From an uncultured bacterium (lineage in GTDB: Bacteria > Krumholzibacteriota > Krumholzibacteriia > JACNKJ01): a DNA stretch of 64,000 nt. The stretch is from assembly GCA_963695095.1 (NCBI GenBank), contig CAVOFT010000001.1:3200001-3264000 (forward strand), in the 5' to 3' direction. Position 1 is the stretch's first letter. The number at the start of each line of letters is the position of its first letter. Positions 48,601-57,488 of this stretch are shown here, one piece after another. The position numbers were made by a program, and so were the translations under genes. The notes under the pieces were generated by a model. It did not search any database. It was given only the letters and a program-made list of their open reading frames with translations, and was not told the DNA's origin.

Positions 48601-51523
48601 ACTTGATGAGCAGCATGCGCTTCGCCTGCGCCCCCGCGGCCGTCTCCAGGCGGCAGAAGTAGACGCCGCTGGCCACCGGGCGGCCGGCGCCGTCCCGCCC
48701 GTCCCACTGCAGCCGGTGCTGGCCCGCGGCGTAATCGCCCGCGGCCAGCTCGCGCAGGCGGCGGCCCTGGGCATCGAGCACTTCCACGCGCACCCGGCCG
48801 GCAGTGGCCAGGCTGAAGCGGATCTCGGTGACCGGGTTGAAAGGATTGGGCACGTTCTGCTCGAGCAGCGTGGGCAGCCCGATCTCGAAGTCCTCGCCGA
48901 CGCCGGTGGTCTCCCAGATGGCGAGCAGCGTGACATCGTCCAGGCCGCCTTCGACCAGATGGTCCGCGTCGATGTCGTAGACCTCCCAGCGGAAGGCCAT
49001 CTGATCGGGGACGGGGAACAGGCCCAGCATGTTCACCGTGAAGGGCACCCAGGCGTTGGACGGCGTGCCGCTGAACTCCATCGTGTACCAGGTGCTGCCG
49101 CCATCGTTGGAGGTCTTCGTCTTCCAGTAGTCCGTGCTGCCCGCGGCGCCCTGGTCGTTGGAGAACCACTTCCAGTAACGCAGGGTGACCGTCGAGGCGC
49201 CGCTCAGGTCGTAGACCGGGCTGGTCAGCGTGACCCAGCCGCCATCCACGTCGTCGGCGTCCACCGGCTGGCCGGCCGTGTGCTGGCCGGTGATCCAGCA
49301 GGAGTTGCCCAGCAGCGAGTGGTCGTGCTCGGGCTGCGCGATCGTGCCCACGGGATCCACCCGCGTCCAGCCGCCGGCGGGATCGGCGCCGCCGGAGATG
49401 GCCGTCGTCCAGCCCGCGCCCGACTCGCCATCCGCGAGCCGCCAGGCCACCATGAAGTCATGGGGCCCGGCCGGGCCGGTGCGCGGCTCCATCGCCGAGG
49501 CGCCGGTGATGTCCTCGGCGCTGAGGTAGTACTCGACGATCCCGGGCTGCTGCGCGGGCATCAGGCCCTGGTAGGAGTCGCCGAGGCCGGTGGGCAGCAT
49601 CGCCGCGCTCTGCCAGGCCTCGCCCACGCGACGCCAGTAGAGCCGCACGCCGTCGGCGGCGATGAGCCCGTTGCTGGAGGTCGCGATGGCCGTCACCGCA
49701 ATCGGGTTGGGAGAGGTCTCGCGGTCCGGCAAGGGCGTGTGGCCGATCGCCACGCCCGTCTCGATGAGGTCGCAGGCAAAGCCGTGATTCAGCGCGGCGG
49801 CGCAGTAGGCGAAGTAGTCCGGGGTGCCGTTGGCGAGGTCGCCGTCGTCGTCATCGGCGAGGAAGGTGGCGAAGGCCTGATCGGGTTGCAGGGTCGGGTG
49901 CATGAGGACGCGGCCGTAGTGCCAGGTGCCGGCCGCCCGCAGGGTGCCCTCGGCCACACCGTGGACCTCCTGGAGCACGACCATGGCATCCCAGTGGAAG
50001 CCTGCGATCACCCGCCCCGCGTTGTGGATCTCCTGGCCGACGACATGATCCGGGTAGACCAGGTTGTTGTCCGAGTTGCGGATGCCCGTCGCGCAACTGC
50101 TCGTGTAGAAGCCGCGGCCGATGATCGACTCCTGCGTGATCATGTTCGCGAGCACGTCCCCGTTGCCCTCGCCCAGGCCCTCGTTGCCCTGCCAGCCGAG
50201 AATGGCCGCCTGCACGCCGTGGCCGTACTCGTGCTGCACGACGCCCTGGATCTCGCCCGTGTTGGCGTAGTTGCCCGAGGCGGCGCAGAAGTTGATGCTG
50301 CCGTTCCACCAGGCGTTGCCCGGGCAGTAGCCGTCCGTGCGGCTGACGTAGCCGTTGATGCTGCCGTTCGCATACGCGAACTCGGGCGCGAAGCTCTGGA
50401 AGAAGAGGTGGATGTCGTTCACCGCATCGAAGACGTCCCGCTCGTCGGCCTGGGAGTTGGCATCCGTGAAGGCCACCGTGAGCGGCGCGCCGTCGGCCAC
50501 CGAGCCGCTGAAGAAGGCCTCGGCGCCGCCGAGATTGTCGGCGACGTGGATGTAGGGACCCTGCAGGTCGCAGCTCGCGGTGCGGGGCAGGCCGCTGCCG
50601 GCGATGCTCCAGTCGCCCGCGGCGTCGCTCGTCGTGCTGCCCAGCCCGCTGACGTCGACGCTGAGGTAGGGCATGGGCGCGATCACCTCGCCGTCGCACC
50701 AGGTGACGGGCTGGGTGCCGCTGGCCGTGTCGCCGCCGTAGGCGAAGTGGATGTCGTTGTAGCGCCACAGCAGCCGGCCGTCCCGAGCGTCCACATGCGT
50801 GACCCAGAGGCCCAGCGGGTCCTCCGTGCGCAGGCTGAGCCGCCAGGCCAGGCGCAGATCGGCGCCGCCCGCCGCGCGAGGCAGGGGCAGCACCATCAGC
50901 TCGGGCGCGCCCTCGAGCACGGAGGCCGCCGGCAGGGCGGCGGCCGCGATGGCCAGGGCCTCGGTCGCAGCGAGCGCGGGCGTCGGATCGAGCGCGATGT
51001 CGCTGAAGAGGTCCGAGCTCGCGAACATCAGGCGGCCGTCGTCGGCAAAGCCGAGCCGCGCCCGGGCCTCCCAGATCTCGAGTCCCTGCCAGGTCTGCTG
51101 GAAGTGGGCCACCCACTTGCCGCGGGCGTGGGGCGCCGCACTGAGGACGAGGCCCTCCAGGTCGCCGGGGAAGAGCTCGGGCAGCGCGGCCATGGCCTGC
51201 CGTGCGAGGCGCTCGAGGCCGGCGGCGTCGCCGGGCGCCTCGCCGAGGGCAAAGCTCGGCCCGTGCACGAGGTGCGCGCTGCCCGACACGCGGTTCCAGG
51301 CGCTGACGCGCCAGGGCAGGCCCAGGCGGGCCTGCAGGCGCTGCTCGGTTTCGCGGGCGGCGATCTCCGTGGCGTAGTCGCCGGTCAGCATGGCCTCGCC
51401 GAGGCCGAGCGGGATCTCGAGCGCCTGCTGCGGAACGGGCTGGAAGGCGAAGGCCAGGGTCGGCAGGGCGAGGAGACAGCAAGCAATGCGCAGCACGAGC
51501 GCGCGGGGGGCGGCCAGGGTCAT
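48599..51523 (-). CDS. Secreted M4/M36-like zinc metallopeptidase with FlgD-Ig CTD, paralog 3
   Basis: QHEYGHG, GLGEGNGD, QNVPNPFNPVT...KRMLLIK. Confidence 0.9.
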   Translation of the reverse strand: MTLAAPRALVLRIACCLLALPTLAFAFQPVPQQALEIPLGLGEAMLTGDYATEIAARETEQRLQARLGLPWRVSAWNRVSGSAHLVHGPSFALGEAPGDAAGLERLARQAMAALPELFPGDLEGLVLSAAPHARGKWVAHFQQTWQGLEIWEARARLGFADDGRLMFASSDLFSDIALDPTPALAATEALAIAAAALPAASVLEGAPELMVLPLPRAAGGADLRLAWRLSLRTEDPLGLWVTHVDARDGRLLWRYNDIHFAYGGDTASGTQPVTWCDGEVIAPMPYLSVDVSGLGSTTSDAAGDWSIAGSGLPRTASCDLQGPYIHVADNLGGAEAFFSGSVADGAPLTVAFTDANSQADERDVFDAVNDIHLFFQSFAPEFAYANGSINGYVSRTDGYCPGNAWWNGSINFCAASGNYANTGEIQGVVQHEYGHGVQAAILGWQGNEGLGEGNGDVLANMITQESIIGRGFYTSSCATGIRNSDNNLVYPDHVVGQEIHNAGRVIAGFHWDAMVVLQEVHGVAEGTLRAAGTWHYGRVLMHPTLQPDQAFATFLADDDDGDLANGTPDYFAYCAAALNHGFACDLIETGVAIGHTPLPDRETSPNPIAVTAIATSSNGLIAADGVRLYWRRVGEAWQSAAMLPTGLGDSYQGLMPAQQPGIVEYYLSAEDITGASAMEPRTGPAGPHDFMVAWRLADGESGAGWTTAISGGADPAGGWTRVDPVGTIAQPEHDHSLLGNSCWITGQHTAGQPVDADDVDGGWVTLTSPVYDLSGASTVTLRYWKWFSNDQGAAGSTDYWKTKTSNDGGSTWYTMEFSGTPSNAWVPFTVNMLGLFPVPDQMAFRWEVYDIDADHLVEGGLDDVTLLAIWETTGVGEDFEIGLPTLLEQNVPNPFNPVTEIRFSLATAGRVRVEVLDAQGRRLRELAAGDYAAGQHRLQWDGRDGAGRPVASGVYFCRLETAAGAQAKRMLLIK

Positions 51524-51736
51524 GGGGATCGTCCTTCCTGGAGCGAGAAGCGGCGGGCGGCGAGCGTTGCGGCCGGCGGCAGCGGGGAAGGCCGGGCCAG
51601 CAAGCGATCATCATTGTAACCCAGGAGCGCCCATGCTGGCCACGCCGGAATGTCCGCCGGCATTCAGGATCCGGATTCTCGCAACTCTCGCGGCGAGTGA
51701 GGCCACGCCCGCGGGCCTCGCGACGCTGGGCGGGTG

Positions 51737-51800
51737 GCGCCGCTGAGACCCTTCTGCGAGCGCCTGTGCAGCGGCGCGAGCGGGAGGGTCTCAGCGGCGC
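51737..51800. repeat. Family-2 hairpin repeat, copy f
   Basis: GCGCCGCTGAGACCCT / AGGGTCTCAGCGGCGC arms around TCTGCGAGCGCCTGTGCAGCGGCGCGAGCGGG. Confidence 0.9.
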
Positions 51801-51807
51801 TGGAGGT

Positions 51808-52458
51808 TCAGCGCCGGAGAAGCTTGAAGGCGTGCCCCCACTCGCCGCGCAGGAAGCCCGGAATGCACCAGAGCATGCACAGGGGCTCGATGGCTCGCGC
51901 TCCCACGGCGCCCCCCATGTCCTCGCTCTCCCAGCCGAACTGCTCGAGCAGGGCCGTCACGCGCGCCTTGGCCTCGGCGTCGTCGCCGCAGATGAACATC
52001 GTGGGCTTCACGCCGTCGAAGTCCGGGTTGACCATGTGCGCGTTCCCCACCGAGCTGAAGGCCTTCACGAAGCGGGCCTCCGGGCTGTGGCGCTGCAGCC
52101 GCTCCATCAGCGAGTCCTCGAGGTCGGTGGTGAAGTGCAGCACGCCGCCCTCGGGCGGGGCGTCGGCAATCGGATTGCAGGTGTCGATGACCACCTTGCC
52201 CGCCAGGTGCCTGGCCTGCGCCAGATCGAGCGCGGCCGTGGCCGCCGTGCCCTTCACGGCGAGCACGAGCAGTTCCCCGTGCTGGGCCGCCTCCTCGAAG
52301 CTGCCCAGCTTGACGCCCTTGCCCGCCGCCTGATGCCAGCCGCCGAGCTTGCCCGTGTCGCGCGTGCCCAGCATCACGTCGTAGCCGTGCTTGACGAGGC
52401 CCGCGGCCAGCACCTGGGCCACGACGCCGGAGCCGAGCACGCCAGCCTTCTTCGCCAT
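51808..52458 (-). CDS. NADP oxidoreductase, F420-dependent NADP reductase family
   Basis: GVLGSGVVA Rossmann motif, VIDTCNP, VKAFSS, ICGDD, ARAIEPL. Confidence 0.9.
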   Translation of the reverse strand: MAKKAGVLGSGVVAQVLAAGLVKHGYDVMLGTRDTGKLGGWHQAAGKGVKLGSFEEAAQHGELLVLAVKGTAATAALDLAQARHLAGKVVIDTCNPIADAPPEGGVLHFTTDLEDSLMERLQRHSPEARFVKAFSSVGNAHMVNPDFDGVKPTMFICGDDAEAKARVTALLEQFGWESEDMGGAVGARAIEPLCMLWCIPGFLRGEWGHAFKLLRR

Positions 52459-52481
52459 CGCTTGCTCCTTTGCAGCCTGGG

Positions 52482-53120
52482 CTAGCGCCTCCAGCCCAGC
52501 AGGAAGGGATTCGTCGCCGCTTCATCGGCGAGCGTGCTGTCGGGCCCGTGGCCGCTGTGCAGGATCGTCGCCGCCGGCAGCGGCTCGATGAGTCGCTGGA
52601 AGATCGAATCCATCAGGGTGTCGAGGTCGCCCCCCGGCAGGTCCGTGCGGCCGATGGAGCCCGCGAAAAGGGTGTCGCCGGCGAAGAGGTGCCCGCCGAC
52701 GAGCAGGCAGCAGCCGCCCGGCGAATGGCCGGGCGTGTGGATCACGCGCACGGCGAGCGCACCCACGGCGAAGGTTTCGCCGTCGGCCAGGGGCGGCGCA
52801 TCCAGGGGCGGCTTGGCCAGGGGAGCCATGCCGAACATGGCCGCCGCCTCGTCGGCGTGCTCGACGAGGAAGTGGTCGTCGGCATGCAGCCGAAAGGGGA
52901 TGCCCAGCTGCGCCGCCAGTTCGCCGGCGCCGGCGATGTGGTCGATGTGCCCGTGCGTGTTGACGATGGCCTTGAGCGTGAGCCGATGCGCCGCCACCCG
53001 CGCCAGCAAGCGCTCGCTCTCGCCGCCGGGGTCGATGACGATGGCCTCCCCGCCCGGCGCCTCGGCCAGCAGCCAGGTGTTCTCCTGAAAGGGCCCCACC
53101 GTGAAGCACTCGACGATCAT
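52482..53120 (-). CDS. MBL-fold metallo-hydrolase (glyoxalase II / YcbL-like)
   Basis: THGHIDH, HTPGHSPG, GDTLFAGSIGRTD, SGHG. Confidence 0.93.
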   Translation of the reverse strand: MIVECFTVGPFQENTWLLAEAPGGEAIVIDPGGESERLLARVAAHRLTLKAIVNTHGHIDHIAGAGELAAQLGIPFRLHADDHFLVEHADEAAAMFGMAPLAKPPLDAPPLADGETFAVGALAVRVIHTPGHSPGGCCLLVGGHLFAGDTLFAGSIGRTDLPGGDLDTLMDSIFQRLIEPLPAATILHSGHGPDSTLADEAATNPFLLGWRR

Positions 53121-54122
53121 TCAGCCTCCCACCCGCACCAGGGAAAAGAGCTCGCCGTCGTCCATCTCCTCGAGGCGGTGATGCTCGGGCTTGCGCAGAA
53201 TCGCCGTGCGCAGCGCGCGCTCGATGGCCGCTGGCCACTCGACCTCGGCCAGCAGGTGGCGCAGCGGCAGGTTGCCGGCCCCGAAGAGGCAGTTGCGCAG
53301 CTCGCCCTTGTGCGTGATGCGCACGCGATTGCAGTTGGAGCAGAACTTGGGGCTGAGCGGGTCGATGATGCCCACGGTGAGCCCGTCCGCCGTGCGCCGG
53401 TAGCGGCGGGCAGGGCCGTCGGCAAGGCCCCGCGGGAGCTGCTCCCAGTGGCCGTGCTCGGCGAGGAGGGCGATCAGCTCCTCGCCGCCCAGGTGCTGCG
53501 CGGCATGCGTCTCGCGCGCGACCTCCAGCGGCATCAGCTCGATGAAGCGCAGCTCGAGCTGCTCGCGCACGGCGAGGTCGAGCAGCGCGCCGATCTCGTC
53601 GTCGTTCACGCCGCGCAGCGGCACGGTGTTGAGCTTGATCGGCGTCAGCCCCGCCGCCCGCGCGGCGGCGATGCCGGCCAGCACGCGGTCCAGAGCGTCG
53701 CGGCCGGCGATGCCCGCGAAGCGGGCGCGGTCCAGCGTGTCCAGGCTGATGTTCACCCGCTTCAGGCCGGCGGCGGCCAGCGGCGCCGCCAGGGGCGCCA
53801 GGAACATGCCGTGGGTGGAGAGCGACAGGTCGTCCAGCCCGGGCAGGGCCGCCAGGCGCTGGACGATCTCCAGGAGATCCCGGCGCAGCGTGGGCTCGCC
53901 GCCGGTGAGGCGGAGCTTGCGCACGCCGAGCGCCACGAAGACCGAGACCAGGCGCTCGATCTCCAGCGGCGTCATCTCGTCGCGGGGGCCGACGGGCAGC
54001 ACCGGCCCATGGGGCTGGCAGTAGCTGCAGCGGAAGTTGCAGTAGGGCGTCACCGAGAGGCGGACATAGCTGATGCGGCGGCCGAAGGGGTCCACCAGGG
54101 GCGGGCGCTCGTTCGCAGGCAC
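53121..54122 (-). CDS. moaA: GTP 3',8-cyclase MoaA
   Basis: YVRLSVT..CNFRCSYC, LTGGEP, FCSNCNRVR, C-terminal GG; GTG start with AAAGGAG RBS. Confidence 0.95.
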   Translation of the reverse strand: MPANERPPLVDPFGRRISYVRLSVTPYCNFRCSYCQPHGPVLPVGPRDEMTPLEIERLVSVFVALGVRKLRLTGGEPTLRRDLLEIVQRLAALPGLDDLSLSTHGMFLAPLAAPLAAAGLKRVNISLDTLDRARFAGIAGRDALDRVLAGIAAARAAGLTPIKLNTVPLRGVNDDEIGALLDLAVREQLELRFIELMPLEVARETHAAQHLGGEELIALLAEHGHWEQLPRGLADGPARRYRRTADGLTVGIIDPLSPKFCSNCNRVRITHKGELRNCLFGAGNLPLRHLLAEVEWPAAIERALRTAILRKPEHHRLEEMDDGELFSLVRVGG

Positions 54123-54281
54123 GGGGCTCCTTTCCAATGCGGGAGGCGCCGCCGTTTCCCGCGGCACCCTGTCGGCCTCAGGCCCTTTGCCGCGCGGCGG
54201 CAGGCAGGCCCTTCGGCTCGGAACCTACCCCAGGATAGTGTGGGAGGAAACCGAGGTCAATCCCCGCGTCGGCGCCAGGAA

Positions 54282-54566
54282 TCAGTGCCAGTGACCGGGC
54301 AGCCAGATCCAGCCCCGCGGGCGCTTCATCCAGTGGCCGTCCTCCCACTCCGCCCCCGGGGGCGCCGGGAGCCAGCGCCCCTCGATCCAGGCGTAGCGGC
54401 GGCCCGTCCATTCCCAGTGGCCCGGCAGCCAGCGGTACCCGGGGTCGGGTGGCGGCGGCGGCACTTCCACGACAAGGGGCGGCGGCGGGCTGGGCTGCAG
54501 GGTCTGGCGAGCGCAGCCGCCCGCCGCCAGGGCCGCGAGGAGCGAAAGCAGGGCGGCGACTCTCAA
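54282..54566 (-). CDS. Small lipoprotein with YXWGXW (WXXGXW) repeats
   Basis: TTG start with GGAGG RBS; lipobox AAGG-C; WLPGHW, WIEGRW, WEDGHW, WLPGHW. Confidence 0.85.
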   Translation of the reverse strand: MRVAALLSLLAALAAGGCARQTLQPSPPPPLVVEVPPPPPDPGYRWLPGHWEWTGRRYAWIEGRWLPAPPGAEWEDGHWMKRPRGWIWLPGHWH

Positions 54567-54583
54567 GCGTCCTCCAGGCGGCC

Positions 54584-55774
54584 TCAGATGGGGAGCCGGC
54601 GCCAGCCGGCCGGCAGGTCCAGCTGCTCGGCGCCGACGAAGCCCGCCAGATCCCGCAGGGACTCGGCCAGGCCCGCCTCGAGCAGTGGATCCCGGCGCAC
54701 GGCGGGCTCCAGATGGATGGCGTTGATCCGCAAGCGCCCGGCCTGCCGGTCCAGGCGCGGGTCGAGCCGGCCGACCAGCCGCCCCTCGTGCAGGATGGGC
54801 AGCACGTAGTAGCCGAAGCGGCGCTTGGCCTCCGGCGTGTAGATCTCGATGCGGTAGCGGAAGTCCAGCAGCTCCTCGGCCCGGCGCCGCTGCCAGAGCA
54901 GCGAATCGAAGGGGCAGATGAGGTGGGTGCCGCGCGGGGCGGGCAGGTCGAGACCGCCGTCCAGATGCTCGGGCAGGGCATAGGCCGGCTCGCCCAGGCC
55001 CGGCACCTGCACCGCCACGATGCGCTTGGCGCGCAGCAGGCGCGCGAGCACGGCCGGGCGCAGGGCGGGGGCGAGGCGCGGCGCGGTCATGTAGTTGTCC
55101 AGGTGCCGCAGCGTGGCCACACCGTTGCCGGCCAGGCCGACGAGGACCCAGCTGTCCTCGTAGGCGCGGCGGCTGGCCGTGGGCCCGGGCGGGTAGACGC
55201 GCTCGGCCAGGTCGTAGACGCGGCGGAAGTGCCGCCGCTCCCGCACGGCGAGCTGTCCCTGGCGCCACAGCAGCTCCAGGGCCATCTTCGCCTCCTTCCA
55301 GCCCCACCAGCCACCGCTCCCCCCTTTGCCGTCGCCCTCGAAGTCAGCGCTCTCCAGGGGACCCTCGTCGCGAATGCGCCGCAAGACGCGCCGCTTCACC
55401 GCCAGCGGCGACTGCATGCTCGCCCACCACTTGCCGCTAGGATCCCAGTCGCGCATGTACCGCCGGCTCAGGGCCAGACTGCCGGCTGGGAGGATGCTCG
55501 CCTCGTGGCCCCAGAACTCGTAGGCCAGCTTCTCCTTGTAGACCCAGCGGTCGAGCGCGGCCGGCGCATAGGTGCCGTAGCGGCTCCAGAGGGTGAGCAG
55601 GTGAGCGCGGGCCAGGGCGTTGACGCTGTCGAGCTGCAGAGCCCCGCAGCGCTCGAGGTGATCGAGAAACTGCGCGCGAGTGAGCCGCCGGCCGCGCGGG
55701 CCGAGGAGTCCCTGGCGGGCAAGCCAGAGGCGGATCATCTGTTCGCGCTCGATGCGGGGCAGCGGCTTGGGCAT
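54584..55774 (-). CDS. ycaQ: YcaQ/AlkZ family (HTH_42) crosslink-repair DNA glycosylase
   Basis: LQLDSVNAL.RAH...WSR, EFWGHEAS, ICPFDSL, YRIEIYTP..KRRFGYYVLPIL. Confidence 0.88.
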   Translation of the reverse strand: MPKPLPRIEREQMIRLWLARQGLLGPRGRRLTRAQFLDHLERCGALQLDSVNALARAHLLTLWSRYGTYAPAALDRWVYKEKLAYEFWGHEASILPAGSLALSRRYMRDWDPSGKWWASMQSPLAVKRRVLRRIRDEGPLESADFEGDGKGGSGGWWGWKEAKMALELLWRQGQLAVRERRHFRRVYDLAERVYPPGPTASRRAYEDSWVLVGLAGNGVATLRHLDNYMTAPRLAPALRPAVLARLLRAKRIVAVQVPGLGEPAYALPEHLDGGLDLPAPRGTHLICPFDSLLWQRRRAEELLDFRYRIEIYTPEAKRRFGYYVLPILHEGRLVGRLDPRLDRQAGRLRINAIHLEPAVRRDPLLEAGLAESLRDLAGFVGAEQLDLPAGWRRLPI

Positions 55775-55849
55775 TGGCCGAAGCTAGCAGCTCGGGGACC
55801 GCGCGGGAAAGAGCTTCAGCGAGCGGCGCGGCCGGGCTACGCTGGGGGC

Positions 55850-56587
55850 ATGGACATCTACGGCCGCCTGGCCCCCCACTACGATCAGCTCTTTCCCGTG
55901 AGCGAGATGCAGGCCGCCTTCCTGCGCGCTCGGCTTGCGGCGGCCGGCGCGCGCCTCGTGCTGGACGCGGGCTGCGGCACGGGCCGCCACCTGGAGCTCT
56001 TGCGCGACTGGGGACTCGCCGCGGCGGGCCTGGAGCCCGATCCCGCCATGGCCGCGCTCGCTCGCAAACGCCTGGGCGCCGGCACGCCGGTGGCCGTGGT
56101 CGGCCTCGAGGCCGCTGCCGCTGCGCTGAAGGGCCCCTTCGAAGCCGCGCTCTGCCTGGGCAATACGCTGGCCCATCTCGTGGCGCCGGGTGCGCTCGCG
56201 GCTGGGCTGGCCGGCCTGGCCGCGCTGCTCGCGCCGGGCGGGCTGCTGATCACCCAGACGGTGAACTTCGACCGCGTGCTCGCTGCCGGTCGCGCCGATT
56301 TCCCCGAGCGGCAGATCCCGGACGGCAGGGGCGGCACCTTGCTCTTCCGCCGCGACTATGACTTCGCCGCGGCGCCCGCGCAGCTGGGCTTTCGGCTCTC
56401 GCTCACCGGGCCGGGGCTGGCGCTCGCCGATACGATTCCCCTGCTGCCCCTGGTCCGCGCCGAGCAGGAGGCCGCGCTCGTCGCCGCCGGCTTCGCTCCG
56501 GGCGAGGCCTGCGGGGACTGGGACGGCTGCCCCTGGCGGCCGGACTCCCCGGCCACGATCCTCAGCGCTCGGCATCGAGAAGAATAG
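55850..56587 (+). CDS. Class I SAM-dependent methyltransferase
   Basis: VLDAGCGTG, CLGNTLAHL, LAPGGLLI. Confidence 0.9.
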   Translation: MDIYGRLAPHYDQLFPVSEMQAAFLRARLAAAGARLVLDAGCGTGRHLELLRDWGLAAAGLEPDPAMAALARKRLGAGTPVAVVGLEAAAAALKGPFEAALCLGNTLAHLVAPGALAAGLAGLAALLAPGGLLITQTVNFDRVLAAGRADFPERQIPDGRGGTLLFRRDYDFAAAPAQLGFRLSLTGPGLALADTIPLLPLVRAEQEAALVAAGFAPGEACGDWDGCPWRPDSPATILSARHREE

Positions 56588-56731
56588 AGCTGGGCGGCCT
56601 GCGATCCCCCTTGCAGCGCGATCAGATTTAGCCTAAAATTGTCCGCTATACCGCGTATTCGGTGCCGGATGTCTGGTATCGAGGCGGGCCTGCGCCATCC
56701 AAAAGCACCCTAACCAACTGAGGCTACAGCC

Positions 56732-57439
56732 ATGTTCGCGATCAAGCATCGTGTGCGTCGCCTTCTCCCCTCGCTCTTCACCTTGTCGCTGGGACTGCTC
56801 TGGCTTGGCGATGCCAGCGCCGCCGAGCTGATCACCCTGCGCAGCGGCAACGCCCTGCCCGGCAATCCGGATCCGCAGATCAGCCTGCTCCTGGGCACCG
56901 GCGGCGCGGCCCTCTCGGCCAATCCCTTCACGTCGGCGGATTTCGCCGCCGCCTGCGGCCCCCGCAGCGCCGTCGTCATCACGACGCCCATCGGTCCCTG
57001 GCTCCAGCAGCTCGCCTGCGACCCGCTGGCCAGGTGGGTCGGCACCGATGCCCTCGCCACGCCGGCCTCGGGCCTCTACTGCCAGAACTTCGACGTGGAG
57101 ACCTGCTGCATCGAGTCGGCCGTGCTGAGCTTCTGCTTCTCCACGGACGACGCGCTGGGCGACGGCATCTATGGCGGGCCCAACCTCGACGGCGTCTACC
57201 TCAATGGTGTTGCCGTGACGCCGAGCATCAACACCGGCAGCTACGCCACCGAGACCCAGGTCGGGCCCGTTGACGTGACCGGCCTCATCGCTTGCGGCAG
57301 CAACCAGCTGCAGGTCTACAACCGCGACGCGGCCCTCGTCGTCAGCGGCGTCATCTACAGCGCCACGATCGACATCACCGAGTGCGCGGTGCCCACCGAG
57401 GACAGCAGCTTCGGCAGCGTCAAGTCGCTGTACCGCTAG
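56732..57439 (+). CDS. Secreted Cys-rich beta protein with short C-terminal tail (VPTEDSSFGSVKSLYR)
   Basis: Signal peptide; mature AELITLRSGN; tail shared with three other proteins in the window. Confidence 0.8.
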   Translation: MFAIKHRVRRLLPSLFTLSLGLLWLGDASAAELITLRSGNALPGNPDPQISLLLGTGGAALSANPFTSADFAAACGPRSAVVITTPIGPWLQQLACDPLARWVGTDALATPASGLYCQNFDVETCCIESAVLSFCFSTDDALGDGIYGGPNLDGVYLNGVAVTPSINTGSYATETQVGPVDVTGLIACGSNQLQVYNRDAALVVSGVIYSATIDITECAVPTEDSSFGSVKSLYR

Positions 57440-57447
57440 ATGCCCGC

Positions 57448-57477
57448 CGGGCCGTGGCGCGAGGGCGCCACGGCCCG
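57448..57477. terminator. GC hairpin between convergent genes
   Basis: CGGGCCGTGGCGC-GAGG-GCGCCACGGCCCG; no U-tract. Confidence 0.45.
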
Positions 57478-57488
57478 CCGCGGCTGAC

